This document shows, piece after piece, positions 38,530 to 51,354 of a stretch of 64,000 nt of DNA; the stretch's first letter is position 1; the number at the start of each line of letters is the position of its first letter. Position numbers and translations under genes: made by a program. Where the stretch lies: the NCBI RefSeq assembly GCF_009914755.1, contig NC_060938.1; one strand, given 5' to 3'. The notes under the pieces were generated by a model, which was not told where the DNA came from, did no database searches, and saw only the letters and a list, made by a program, of their open reading frames with translations. The DNA is from the human T2T-CHM13v2.0 reference genome, Homo sapiens.

Positions 38530-38908
38530 TACTAGTTAGTGTAGGCTAAGTGCCATAACTCAAAACCCCGACATTCCAATTGCTGAGCAAAATAAAATTT
38601 CATATCTCAATCATGGAACATTCCATGGAACAGGCCTTCTTATCTGAAAGGTTCCCCTGGGCAGCTTATCTGCAAGTGATGTCACAGGGCCCTGCCCATC
38701 AGCTGGAGGCAGAAGCAAAAGAGAGCAAGGATCACACAGGAAGTTTACCATGGGCCTAGCCGGGAAGTGTGGCCTATCACTTCAACCTGTATTCCATTAG
38801 CTCTAATTTAGTCACATGGCTACATCTAATTGCACAGAAGTTCAATATTGTTATCCCCCCGTGCCTTTAGAAGGAAGGCTCCTGTTAACATCTAGCAGTC
38901 ACTGCCAC
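38530..38908 (-). mobile_element. Old MLT1 (J/K-like) LTR
   Basis: GGAAGTGTGGCCTATCACTTC...TAGTCACATGGC...GCAGTCACTGCCACA. Confidence 0.6.
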
Positions 38909-39142
38909 AATCCTTATCTTTTTGTATAACTCTGTGGTGCCATGATTTCTTCCAAGGAAATCAGTTAGAGAAAACTAAGTTGTCTACAGCATTTGATTGA
39001 CCACAGACCAAAGTAAAACTATTAAAAAGAAGTCATTAAAATAATCCCACTGGAAAATCTTGTTAATGAGTTTTATCTCTTATTTATTTCCTTAGAATGT
39101 AAGTTATTGAATTAAGCTAACTGAATTATTGTATCATTTTAT

Positions 39143-39145
<3 letters not shown>

Positions 39146-39178
<33 letters not shown>
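39146..39178. repeat. (CA)n microsatellite
   Basis: Seen directly. Further (CA)n tracts lie at ~39772-39793, 43178-43216 and 47656-47680. Confidence 0.95.
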
Positions 39179-39398
39179 TCAACCTTGACAGCATAAATAA
39201 AATGTATTTTTAGATATTACCATTTTTTTTTCCTGAAATCATGTAAATGTAGTCACATTTGACTGGTAGCCTAGGGAACAACGGATAAGCTGTCCCTGCC
39301 TTGTACTTCTTTGTAGTTACACAGTCTCTCTGCTTCTGTTTTGCCACTTGCACTGTAACCTCAGGCATTCATTCCCTCACCATTCTATCAAATATTAG

Positions 39399-39506
39399 TT
39401 AAGAAGTTTAAGTTGAGTACTGTGGGAGGAACCCTGTAACAACCGGGATATTTTAAGAAGTTTAAGTTGAGTACTGTGGGAGCAACCCTGTAACAACAGG
39501 GATATT
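39399..39506. repeat. 54-bp tandem duplication
   Basis: 39399-39452 and 39453-39506 differ at 2 positions. Confidence 0.97.
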
Positions 39507-40542
39507 TTTATGTTCATCAAAAAAGTAAAAGTGAATATTGGCAATACAGTTAAAGGAATAAACCTCTAACTTTGTAAAGCCACAGAAATAGACTGATAAA
39601 CTAAACAGAAAACTGTGACAAAATAGGAAAGTAGGTCCAAATTATTATGTCAAAAGAAAAAGAAAATCTTGGTCTGCCCAATAATTATTGTTTTTAATAA
39701 AGGTAAAACATAAGATGGTAAACACTTAGCAAAATTATCTGACTTGTCTGAACCCCCAAAATGTGTTTGAACACACACACACACACACACACACTCACTC
39801 CACATTTTTAGCCACCCTGCGGTCCTGCTCTCAGAAATGTAGCATAATCCATTAAACAAAAGTCGGGCTCAGGACTAAAATTCAAACTTCGGTCTGAGAA
39901 TCACTAAGCTGTGCTACAAATTTGCTATTGCTGGTTGTTTCAGGGTTTATAAGTTGGCATTTATTACATAAAACATCTCTTTAATAATGAAGTTTTCTAT
40001 TTTAATGAGGTTTATGGCAACAACTTTGCCTTCGACATTTTGGAAATCCTGGCCTTGCTATAGAACTTGACCTAAAAGGGTGACATGACCACATGAGGGT
40101 AATAAGCCATAGGTAGCAATTTTCATACTTGACTTCAGTCATTCTCATGTACATTGATGTCCATGAGGGATTGGCTTGGCTGAAATCCAGTCATTTTGCT
40201 CAATGAAACCTCTCTCCCCCAGTTTGTCTTTTTCTGCATCATTTGTGATCCTTGTAATATACCCTTTAGATTCAACTAATAGATGTGCCAAAAAAGTGGA
40301 GTCAACACAAACTATGTGCAGGGGCGTCCTGACTGTAGAAGAGAATTGAATAAATATGACAAACCTTTACATTTATCTTTGCATAGGCAGTCACATCCAC
40401 AAGGGCTGCTGGTTCAATTTCCCGTCAAGAATAGTGAACAAGGGACTCCCCAAATTTCAGATATTCGATCTATGAATAGTGATAAAGTCAGTCACAGTTG
40501 TTGTGATAAAGATAGCTTTTATAGGTTTTACAATCAAGAATG

Positions 40543-40840
40543 GGCTGGGAATGCTGGCTCACACCTGTAATCCCCGCAATTTGGGAGGCTCAGGTGGGAG
40601 GATCATTTCAGCTCAGGAGTTCGAGACCAACCTGGGCAAGATGACAATACCTTGTCTCTACAAAACATACAAAAATTATCTGGGTGTGGTGGTGTGTGCC
40701 TGTAGTTCCATCTACTTGGGAAGCTGAGTCTGGAGGATTGTTTGAGCCTGGGTGGTCAATGCTACAGTAAGCCAGGATTGTGCCACTGCACTCCAACTTG
40801 GGAGACAGAGCAAGACCCTGTCTCAAAAAAAAAAAAAAAA
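40543..40840 (+). mobile_element. AluJ
   Basis: GGAGGATCATTTCAGCTCAGGAG and GGATTGTTTGAGCCTGGG are J-type. TSD AATCAAGAATG at 40532-40542 and 40841-40851. Confidence 0.95.
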
Positions 40841-42219
40841 AATCAAGAATGAAAATATTATTAAGCAACAAACAAATATATAACAAACAATATCTGAACG
40901 CCTTTAAAAAATTTAACTTGCACATATTTGTCAATATGTCATTATATAAAAGCTTTTGACAAATTTATTTCTTCTGCAGATTTTCTTTTTTCATCTAGAC
41001 ATTTTAAAGTCATAGGAACTTATCCTGTAAGAGTCTTAAAACCAATTCTTTCTTCTTTTTGCTCTTGGCATGTGGTCAGAAAAATGTCAGTCAGGATATG
41101 ATGTGAATAAAAAGACTAACTTTAGACATCATAGAAATTATCATAAGTACAAAGTTGTTTGATGAAAAAGAACAAAATTGTTATCAACTTTCTCTAAAGA
41201 TAGTGTATAAATAGTAAAATGTGAAATGCAGAATCCTAAGAGACAACTACCAAGTGTCAAAGCAATTATTAATTAAAAGTTTACATTATATATTTCTGTA
41301 AAATATATTTAGAGAACATCATCTACCATTTAGCATACTTTATTGATTGATAGCTAATGGTGAAACAAACTATCATTTCTCTTTCATGCTCAATCTGAAA
41401 TTTCAAATTTAAAACAAGGTTATATTTTGTCTTATTTATTTGTTTTCCAAATCGTTCACATTCGTGAGGAAGTAATCCCATGGAAAGGCAAAGAGAATCC
41501 ACTGTCGTTTGCTTTCAGGTTATATTTATTTCAGTTGGAAAAAAATGATGGATGCTCTGTTTTGTGAATGAGGAAGTTTATTTTTCTCTGCAATTGATGA
41601 GAATCTTTTTCTTGGATTTATTTCTCAAGGGTTATATTTTTTCCAAAAGTTTTAAGGTTCTACATATTATACCCTGGACTAGCAATACATTATTCTAAGA
41701 CCCTTCAAGGGAAAATGTCATTATTCTATAATCTTAGCTGTAGGGACCATGATTTAAATTTAACAAACAAAAATATTTATAAGATTAGGAAAAACATAGC
41801 AGTGATCACCTTACCAAAAATAATGCTTAATCTCAGAGACCATGACCTAAAAATAAATGCAAAGGAATCCTTGTTTTCAGCTTTCTGAAAAATATACAGG
41901 GCATTTGTTTAGTGATTAGAAATGGTGATACCTCACACACTTCCTGATTTAAAATTATGTTAGAAAGGTATAGTAATACATCAAACAGTATGGTACTGGC
42001 ATAAAAACAGACACATGGACCAGTGAAACAATAGCCCAGAAATAAATTCAAATATATGCAGTCAAATAATTTTTGAGACAAGTGTCAAGAGGGCACAACA
42101 GGGAAAGGATAGTCTCCTCAATAAATGGTGCTGGAAAAACTGGATTTTCACAAGCAAAATGATGAAATTAGATGCTTATCTTACACCGTACACAAAAATC
42201 AACTCAAAATGGATAAAAG

Positions 42220-42336
42220 ATCCTTTTGTGGTTCATAAGAATAGGGATTGGGATTTCACACTCATGTGTGAGATGTGCCTCCCTTAAACCTTAAGATGTT
42301 GGCACATTACCTATTTGATGTGGGGAGAAAAAAAAA
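42220..42336 (+). pseudogene. U13 snoRNA (SNORD13-like) retrocopy
   Basis: ATCCTTTTGTGGTTCATAAG...TGTGTGAGATGTGCCTCCCTTAAACCTT...GGCACATTACC matches recalled U13. It has an A tail and interrupts the L1 at GGATAAAAG|ACCTAAATG. Confidence 0.9.
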
Positions 42337-43175
42337 GAATAAGAAACCTAAATGTTGAGACAGAAACTCTAAAACTCTTAGAAGAAAACATAGGAGAAAA
42401 GCTCCTGGACATTGGCTTTGGCAATGATTTTTTATGTATCACAACTAAAGCCTAGGCCACAAAAAAACAATAATAAATAAGTAGAATTACATTAAACTAA
42501 AACTTCTGCACAAGAAAGGAAAAAAATTATCACCATGAAATGACAGGCTTTAAACTGAGAAAAAATACTGAAAAATCATATATGTGATAAGGAGTTAATA
42601 TCCAAAGGGGTTAAAGAACTCACATAACTCAAGAGTAGAAAAATAAATAACTTGGTTGAAAAATGGGCCAAGGACCTACGTAGATATTTCTCTAAAGAAG
42701 ACATAAATGTCACAAACAGGTATATGTTGGTGCTCAACATATGAAAAAGTGCTCAACGTCGTTAATCTTTAGAAAATTGCAAATTAGAACCACTATGAGA
42801 TACCATTTCACACCCATTAAGATAGCTATTATCAAAAAATCAAAATATAACAAATGTTGGTGAATGTATGGAGAAAATGGAACTCTAAAAGATAACAAAT
42901 CTTGATGAGGATGTAGAGAAAAGGGAACTCTTTTACACTGTTGGAGGAAAAGTAGATCCAGCCATTAAGAAAAATGGTATGGAGATCTCTAAAGAAATTA
43001 AAAACAGAACTACAGTATGATCCAGCAATCCCCCTTCTGGGCATATACCCAAAGAAAATAAAATCAATACCTAACAAAGATATTTGGATGTCTGTGCTCA
43101 TTGCAGCATTATTTACAATAGCCAAAATGCAAACCATCTAAATGTCTGCTGACAGATGACTAGACAAAGACATTG

Positions 43176-43219
<44 letters not shown>

Positions 43220-44640
43220 GAATATTAGTCATCCCTAAAAAAGAATGAGATAGAAAATGGCTGATTAGAAGCTACTTTGATTCATGACACTTATGGAGAG
43301 AAATGAAAATGGGCAAGTGAATTCAGCACCTTCAGTTGAAATATCCAGGTTCTTGTATTGGGATTGACTAGGCAAACAGCCCAGCCCGCAGAGAAAGAAG
43401 AAAAGCAGGAAGGGATAATGGCCCAGCTAGAAGCAGCACAGAGCCAAAGAACTCCCACTCCCAGTTAAAGGAAGTGGTGAGTGATTGTGCGACCCGTCCC
43501 AAGAAACTGTGCTTCTCCCATGCATCTCTGCAACCCATGGATCAGGAGATCACCTCATGAGCCCACATCACCAGGACCCTGGGTCCAACACACAGAGCTG
43601 TGTGGAGTCTCAGTAGAACAGCCATGCAGGCACACATAGAGACCCAGGAGTTTTACATACTCCTATCCTGGGATCCCCAGCAAGGCAGGAAATCTATCTG
43701 TACATATTCCTAGGAAGGGGCTGAATCCAGGAAGCCAAGCAGCATCACTCTGTGGGCCCCACTTCCACAGCACCTCACAAGTTAAGACCCACAGGCTTGG
43801 AATTCCAGCCAGCCAATGACAAAAGGCTGGAGTCTGCCTGAGACAGGACTGAGTTCCTGGGGGGAGGGGTGGCTGCCATCTCTGTGTTTCAGTAGATTCA
43901 GTTATTTCACCCTGCCAGCTTTGAAGAACACAGGTGGTCTGGACAAGGAAGAGTCTCCCACAATGCACAGCTTCCTTCCCAGATAATGGCCAGACTGCTT
44001 CTGCAAGCAGAGCCCCAATCCATTCCTCCACACTGGGCAGGAACTCCCTGTGGGGGCTTCAGCCACTCCAGCCAGGGTTCAATAGATAGTTCTCTAATCT
44101 CTGCCTGGGATGAACTCCTCGCAGGGAGGGGCAGCAGCCATCTCTGCAGTTTGGTCAACTCAGCCATTCCAGCCTGCTGGCTTTGGCCAATCCAAAATGG
44201 TCAGGAAAAGGAAGTGTTCCCCTCAATGCAGCATACATGCTCTTCCAAAACACAGCCAGACTGCTTCTTTAAGTGGGTTCCTGATCTCGTTCCTCTTGAT
44301 CGGTTGAGACTCCCCAACAAGGGTCTCTAGCTACCCCCTACAGGTGTGTTCAAGCTGGCAACAGGTCTGTAACCCCCTGAGATGGAGATTCCAGAGGATG
44401 GAGTTGGCTGCCATTTTTGCTGGTTGCAGCCTTCATTGGTGATACCTCCAGGAATGGGAAAAACCAAGGCAACTAGGGTCTGTAGCAGATCCCCAGCAAA
44501 CTGCAGCAACCCTATGACAGAGTGGCCTAATTGTTAAAAGAAAAATAAACCAACAGAAAACAACTCAGCAAAAAAGAATCCACAAAAACCCCATCCAAAC
44601 ATCAGCAACCTCAAAGATCAGAGGTAGATAAGCCCCAAAG

Positions 44641-45660
44641 ATGAAAAAAAATAAATGCAAAAACACTGAAAACTCAAAAAAACAGAGTGTCTCTTCTCCA
44701 AATGGTTGCAACACCTCTCCAGCAAGGACACAAACTGGACTGAGGCTGAGATGTCCGAATTGACAGAAGTAAGCTTCAGAAGGTGGTTAATAATGAACTT
44801 CCCAGAGCTAAAGGAGCATGTTATAACCCAATGCAAAGAAGCTAAGAAACATGATAAAACAATACAGAAGCTGATAACCAGAATAACTGGCTTAGAGAGG
44901 AACATAACCAACCTGATGGAGCTAACAAACACAACACAAGAACTTCACAATGCAATTGCAAGTCTTAATAGCTGAATAAACCAAGTGGAGAAAACGATCT
45001 CAGAGCTTGGAGACTATCTTTCTGACATAAAACAGGCAGATGTGAATAGAGTACAGGAAATGAAAAGAATGAATAAAACCTCTGAGAAATAGAAGATTAT
45101 GTAAAGAGACTGAACCTATGACTGATTGGGGTACCCAAAAAAGATAGAATGAAACCAAGTTGGAAAACATACTTCAGGATATCATTCCGGAGAACTTCCC
45201 CAATCTACCAAGACAGGCCAAAATTCAAATTCAGAAACTGCAGAGAACCCCAGTAAGATGCTCCAGGAGAAGATCAACCCCAAAACACATACTCTTCAGA
45301 TTCTCCAGGGTTAAAATGAAAAAAAAAAGTTAAGGGCAGACCAGAAAGGCCAGGTCACTTATAACGGAAAACCCATCAGTCTAACAGCAGACCTCTCAAT
45401 GGAAGCCCTACAAGCAAGAAGAGATTGGAGGCCAATATTTAATATTCTTAGAGAAGAGAATTTGCAAGCCATAATTTCATATCCAGCCAAACTAAACTTC
45501 ATAAATGAAAGAGAAATAAGATACTTTTTAGAAAAGCAAATGCTGAGGGAATTCATTACCACCAGGCCTGCCTTGCTAGAACTCCTGAAGGAAGTACTAA
45601 ATATGGAAAGGAAAACATGTTACCAGCCACTACAAAAACAAACAGAAGTACACAGAACAG
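44641..45660 (+). pseudogene. L1 ORF1p remnant (frameshifted)
   Basis: ORFs 44706-44975 (coiled coil) and 45399-45701 (ALQARRDW...SYPAKLNF...LREFITTRPAL). Confidence 0.9.
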
Positions 45661-45713
45661 TGACACTGTCAAGTAACCATATAAACAAATCTGCAAAATG
45701 ACCAGCTAACATC

Positions 45714-48700
45714 ATGATGATAGGACCAAATTCACACATAATAATAACCTTAAATGTAAATGGGCTAAATGCCCCAATTAAAAGACACAGAATGGCAAGC
45801 TGGATAATGAGCCAAGACCCATTGGTATGCTGTCTTCAAGAAACCTATCTTAAATGCAGACACACACAGGCTCAAAATAAAGAGATGGAGGAAAATTTAC
45901 CCAAACAAATGGAAAACCAAAAAGCAAGGGTTGCAAATAGTTTCTGACAAAATAGACTTTAAGGCAACAAAGATAAAAAAAAAAAAGACAGAAAGGGGCC
46001 TTTACATATTGGTAAAGGGCCCAGTTCAACAAGAAGAGCTCACCATCCTAAATATTGTGCACCCAATCCTGGAGCACCCAGTTTCATAAAGCAAGTTCTT
46101 AGAGACCTACAAAGAAACTTATACTCCCACACAATAGTAGTGAGAGACTCTAAGACCCCATTGACAATATTAGATTATTGGGACAGAAAATTAACAAAGA
46201 TATTCAGGACCTGAACTCAGTTCTGGATCAAATGGACCAGATAAGTGTCTACAGAACTCTCCACCCCAAAAACAACAGAATATACATTCTTCTCATTGTC
46301 ACACAGCATTTACTCTAAAATTGATCACATAATCAGAAGTAAAACAGTTCTCAATAAATGCAAAAGAATTGAAATTATAACAATCTCTCAGACCACAGAG
46401 CAATCAAATTAGGACTCAAGATTAAGAAATTCACTCAAAACCACACAACTACATGAAAAATGAACAACCTGCTCCTGAATGATTCTTGGGTAAATAAGGA
46501 AATTAAGGTAGAAATCAAGAGGTTCTTTAAAACTAATGAGAACAAAGAGACAATGCACCAGAATCTCTGGGATGCAGCTTGTGTTAGTTCATTCTCACAC
46601 TGCTAATAAGTATATACCTGAGACTGGATAATTTGTAAAGGAAAGTGGTTTAACTGACTCATAGTTTAGCATGGCTGGAGAAGCCTCAGGAAACTTACAA
46701 TGATGGTGGAAGGTGAAGGTGAAACAAACACATCCTTCTTCACATGGCACCAGGAAGAAGTGCCAAGCAAAGGGGGAAAAACCCCTTATAAAACCATCAG
46801 ATGTCATGAGAACTCACTCACTATCATGAGAAGAGCATGAGGCTAACTGCCCCCATATTTCAGTTACCTCCCACTGGGTCCCTCCCATGACACATGGGGA
46901 TTATGGGAACTACAAGTCACGGTGAGATTTGGGTGGGGACACAGCCAAACCATATCACAGCTAAAGCAGTGTTAAGAGATAAACTTATAGAACTAAGTGC
47001 CCACATCAAAAAGCTAGAAATAACTCAAGTTAAAAACCTAACATCTCAACAGCAAGAACTAGAGAACCAAGAGCAAACAAACCCCAAAGACAGCAAAAGA
47101 CAAAAAATAACCAAGATCAGAGCTGAACTGAAGGAAATAGATATATAAAACACCCTTCAAAAGATCAACAAATCCAGGAGCTTTTTTTAAAAAAACATTA
47201 ATAAAATAGACTACTAGCTAGACAAATAAAAAAGAAAAGAGAGAAGAATAAAATAAACACAATCAGCAATAATAAGGGGGATATCACCACTGACCCCACA
47301 GAAATACAAACAACCATCCAAGAATACTGTAAACACCTCTATTCTCATAAACTAGACAATGTGAAGAAATGGATAAATTCCTGGAAACATACACCCTCCT
47401 AAGAGTGAACAAGGAAGAAATTGAATCCCTGAATAGGCCAAAAATTATTTCTGAAATTGAGGCAGTAATAAATAGCATACCAACCAAAAAGAGCTCAGGA
47501 CAAGATAGATTCACAGCTGAATTATGCCAGAGGTACAAAGAAGACCTAGTATCATTTCTGCTGAAACTATTAAAAATAATCGAAAAGAAGGGACTCCTCC
47601 TTAACTCATTCTATGGGCAAGCATTATCCTGATACCAAAACCTGGCAGAGATATAACACACACACACACACACACACACAACAACTGCAGGCCAATTTTC
47701 CTTGTTGAACATTGATGCAAGAATCTTCAACAAAATAGTGGCAAACTGAATCCAGCAGCACATAAAAAAGCTTATCCACCACAATCAAGATGGCTTCATC
47801 CCCAAATGCAAGGTTGGTTCAACATATGCAAATCAATAAATGTAACTCATCACATAAACAGAACTAAAGACAAAACCACATGATTATCTCAATAGATGCA
47901 GAAAAGGCCTTCAATAAAATTCAAAATCTCTTCATGTTAAAAACCTCTCAATAAACTAGGTATCGAAGGAATATACCTCAAAATAATAAGAGCCACATAT
48001 GGCAAACCCACAGACAATATCATACTGAATGGGCAACAGCTGAAAGTATTTCCCTTGAAAAACAGTATAAGACAAGGATGCCCTCTCTCACCATCCCTTT
48101 TCAATATAGTATTGGAAGTTATGACCAGGGCAATCAGGCAAGAGAAAGAAATGAAGTGTATTTAAATAAAAAATGAGGAAGTCGAATTATCTTTGTTTGC
48201 AGATGACATGATCCTGTATCTAGAAAACCCTGTTGTCTCAGCCCAAAAGCTTCTTAAGCTGATAAGCAACTTCACAAAGACTTGGGATACAAAATCAATG
48301 TGCAAAAATTGCTAGCATTCCTATAGACAAACAAGAGGCAAGCAGAGAGCCAAATCATGAATGAACCCCATTCACAATTGCTACAAAAATAATAAAATAC
48401 CTAGGAATACAGCTAACAAGGGAAGTGAAGAACCTCTTCAAGGAGAGCTACAAACAACTGCTCAAAGAAATCAGAGAGGACACAAACAAATGGAAAAACA
48501 TTCCATGCTCATGGATAGGAAAAATCAATACATAAAAAATGGCCATATTAGCCACAGTAACTTAAAAATTCAATGTTATTCCCATTAAACTACCATTGAG
48601 ATTCTTCACAGAATTAGAAAAAAACTATTTAAAAATTCATATGGAACCCAAAAAGCCCAAGGCAATCTTAAACAAAAATAAAGCTGGAGGCATTGTGCTA

Positions 48701-49910
48701 CTGACTTCAATCAATATACTACAAAGCTATAGTAACCAAAACAGTATGGTACTGATACAAGAACAGACACTAGACCAATGGAACAGAATAGAGAACTCAG
48801 AAATATGACTGTACACCTACAACCATCTGATCTTTGACAAACCAGACAAAAACAAACAGTGGGGAAAGGACTCCCTATTTAATAAATGGTACTCTGAGTG
48901 CTGGCTAGCCACATGCAGAAAATTGAAACTGGGCCCCTTCCTTACACCTTATACAAAAATTAACTCAAGACAGATTAAAGACTTAAATGTAAAACTAAAA
49001 ACTATAATAACCATAGAATGAGATCTAGGCAATACCATTCAGGACACATGTACAGGCAAAGATGTTATGACAAAAATGCCAAAAGCAATTGTGACAAAAG
49101 CAAAAATTGACAATTGGGATATAACTAAACTAAAGAGCTTCTTCTGCACAGCAAAAGAAACTGTCATCAGAGTGAATAGACAATCTACAGAATGGGAGAA
49201 AAGTTTTGCAGTCTATCCAATCTGACAGAGGTCTAATATCCAGAGTCTACAAGGAACTTAAACAAATTTGCAAGAAAAAAAAACCATAAAAAAGTGGGCA
49301 AAGGACATGAACAGACATTCTCAAAAGATGACATACATGCAGCCAACAAACATGAAAAAAAAGTTCAACATCACTGATCATTAGAGAAATGCAAATCAAC
49401 ACCACAATGAGATAACATCTCACACTAGTCAGAATGGTGATTATTAAAAAGTCAAAAAAAAAAAAAAAAAACAGATGCTAGCGAGGTTGTAAAGAAAAAT
49501 GAACATTTTTACATGGTTGGTGGGAGTGTAAATTAGTCCAACCATTGTAGAAGACAGTATGATGATTCCTCAAAGACCTAGAAGCAGAAATACCATTTGA
49601 CTCAGCAATCCCATTACTGGGTATATACCCAAAGAATATAAATTATTATATTATAAAGACCTATGGCACATGTATGTTCATTGCAGCACTACTTACAATA
49701 ATAAAGACATGGAATCAACCTAAATGCCCGTCAATGATAGAACTGATAAAGAAAATGTGGTACATATACACCATGGAATACTATGCAGCCATAAACTGGA
49801 ATGAGATCATGTCTTTTGCAGGGAGGACATGGGTGGAGTTGGAAGTTGTTATCCTCAGCAAGCAATGCAGGAACAGAAAACTAAACACCACATGTTCTCA
49901 CTTGTAAGTG
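45714..49910 (+). pseudogene. L1 ORF2p (endonuclease/RT) remnant with many stops and frameshifts
   Basis: TLNVNGLNAPIKRHR and CCLQET (endonuclease). TTGTTTGCAGATGACATG encodes LFADDM (RT) at ~48192. C-terminal WNQPKCP. Confidence 0.92.
46580..46957 (-). mobile_element. THE1 (D-like) solo LTR inside L1 ORF2
   Basis: TGTGTTAGTT...AACCATATCA with perfect TSD CAGCT. Confidence 0.93.
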
Positions 49911-50189
49911 AAAGTTGAATGATGAGATCATGTGGACAAATGGCAGGGGAGCAACACACACTGGGGCCTGTCAGAGCAGGAGAGAAAACATCAGGAAAAT
50001 AGCTAATGGATGCTAGGCTTAGTACCTAGGTGGTGGGATGATCTACGCAGCAAACCACCATGGCACCTGTTTACCTATGTAACAAACCTGCACCTCCTGC
50101 ACATGTATGTTTGAACATAAAAGATGAAAAAAAAATAAGTGAAATAAGCCAGACATGGAAGGAAAAATATTGCAATATTGCATACTCTT

Positions 50190-50688
50190 TTTATTTTAAG
50201 TGCTGAGATACATGTGCAGAATGTGGTTTTTTTACATAGGTATACATGTGCCATAGTAGTTTCCTGCATCTATCAACCTGTCATCTAGGTTTTAAGCCCC
50301 GCATGCATTAGGTATTTGTCCTAATGCTCTCCCTCTCCTTGACCCCCAACCCCCAATAGGCCCTGGTGTGTGATATTTCCCTCCCTGTATCCATGTGTTC
50401 TCATTGTTCAACTCCCAGTTATGAGTGAGAACATGCGGTGTTTGGTTTTCTGTTCCTGTGTTAGTTTGCTGAGAATGATGGCTTCCAGCTTCATACATGA
50501 CCCTGCAAAGGACATGAACTCATCATTTTTTATGGTTGCATAGTATTCGATGGTGCATATGTGCCACATTTTCTTTATCCAGTCTATCATTGATGGACAT
50601 TTGGGTTGGTTCCAAGTCTTTGCTATTGTAAATCGTGCTGCAATAAACATATGTCTTTATAGTAGAATAATTTACAATTCTTTGGGTA
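50190..50688 (-). mobile_element. L1PA8-like 3' fragment
   Basis: CTAGGTTTTAAGCCCCGCATGCATTAGG 3' UTR motif. TSD GCATACTCTT/GCATGATCTT (8/10). Confidence 0.88.
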
Positions 50689-51354
50689 GCATGATCTTGC
50701 TTATATGTGGAAGCTAAAAAAAAATTCCAGTATACAGATACACAGAACAAAACAGTGGTTAGCAAGGGTATGAGGAGGAGGTGAGGAGGAAAAAGGATCA
50801 GAGGATACAAAGTAGCAGCTATATAGGATGAACAAGATATAGGATACTAGAATGTAACAAGTCTAGAGATATAATATCATGAGGACTATAGGTAATAAAA
50901 TTATACAGTATTTTGGATTTATGCTGAATGAGTAGATTTTAGCTGCTCTTGCTACAGAAACAAAACAATGGTAACTATGAGAGACCACGAATATTTTATT
51001 TCAGTATAGTAATCTTTTACGCTCTGTATGTATCCCATAACATAGTATTGTATATCTTAAATACTCACAATAAAATGTTTATTAAGGAAAAGAAATAGTG
51101 ATACCTCAAAGTAACTTTTTCTGGGGACTAGGGTGTCTTTCTCCTTAAAAATTATTTATTTGGGCTGTTATGAATTCTCAACATCATCTCCAACAAATAT
51201 GTATAGAATATGTTATCAGAAAATTATCAGTAGTCCCTGTCCCACTTTTTTCTGTATAAAAAACCCTTCTACTGTTCCATGTGATATTGTGGAAAAATCA
51301 TTCCTTATATCTAGAAAAAAAAAAGCCTACGAATGAGAAGACTTCTGTACTTTT

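Larger units (their letters stand above)
43252..50135 (+). mobile_element. Essentially full-length, decayed L1PA11-13-type LINE-1
   Basis: 5' UTR starting AAAATGGCTGATTAGAAGC, ORF1 and ORF2 remnants, 3' UTR GCTAATGGATGCTAGGCTTAGTACCTAGG and a short poly(A). Confidence 0.9.
41936..51090 (+). mobile_element. 5'-truncated L1MA (7/8-like) host element carrying nested insertions
   Basis: ORF2 3' part at 41936-43251, with further pieces at 50136-50189 and 50689-51090. 18-bp TSD AGAAAT(G/A)GTGATACCTCA at 41918-41935 and 51091-51108. Confidence 0.88.

Noticed and set aside
42220-42336. Functional U13 snoRNA gene
   Set aside because: The box C region is mutated (ATAGGGATT in place of GTGATGATT), there is an internal deletion, and it has an A tail inside an L1.
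43252-50135. Retrotransposition-competent L1
   Set aside because: Both ORFs have many stops and frameshifts, and ORF2 is interrupted by a THE1 LTR and a (CA)n tract.
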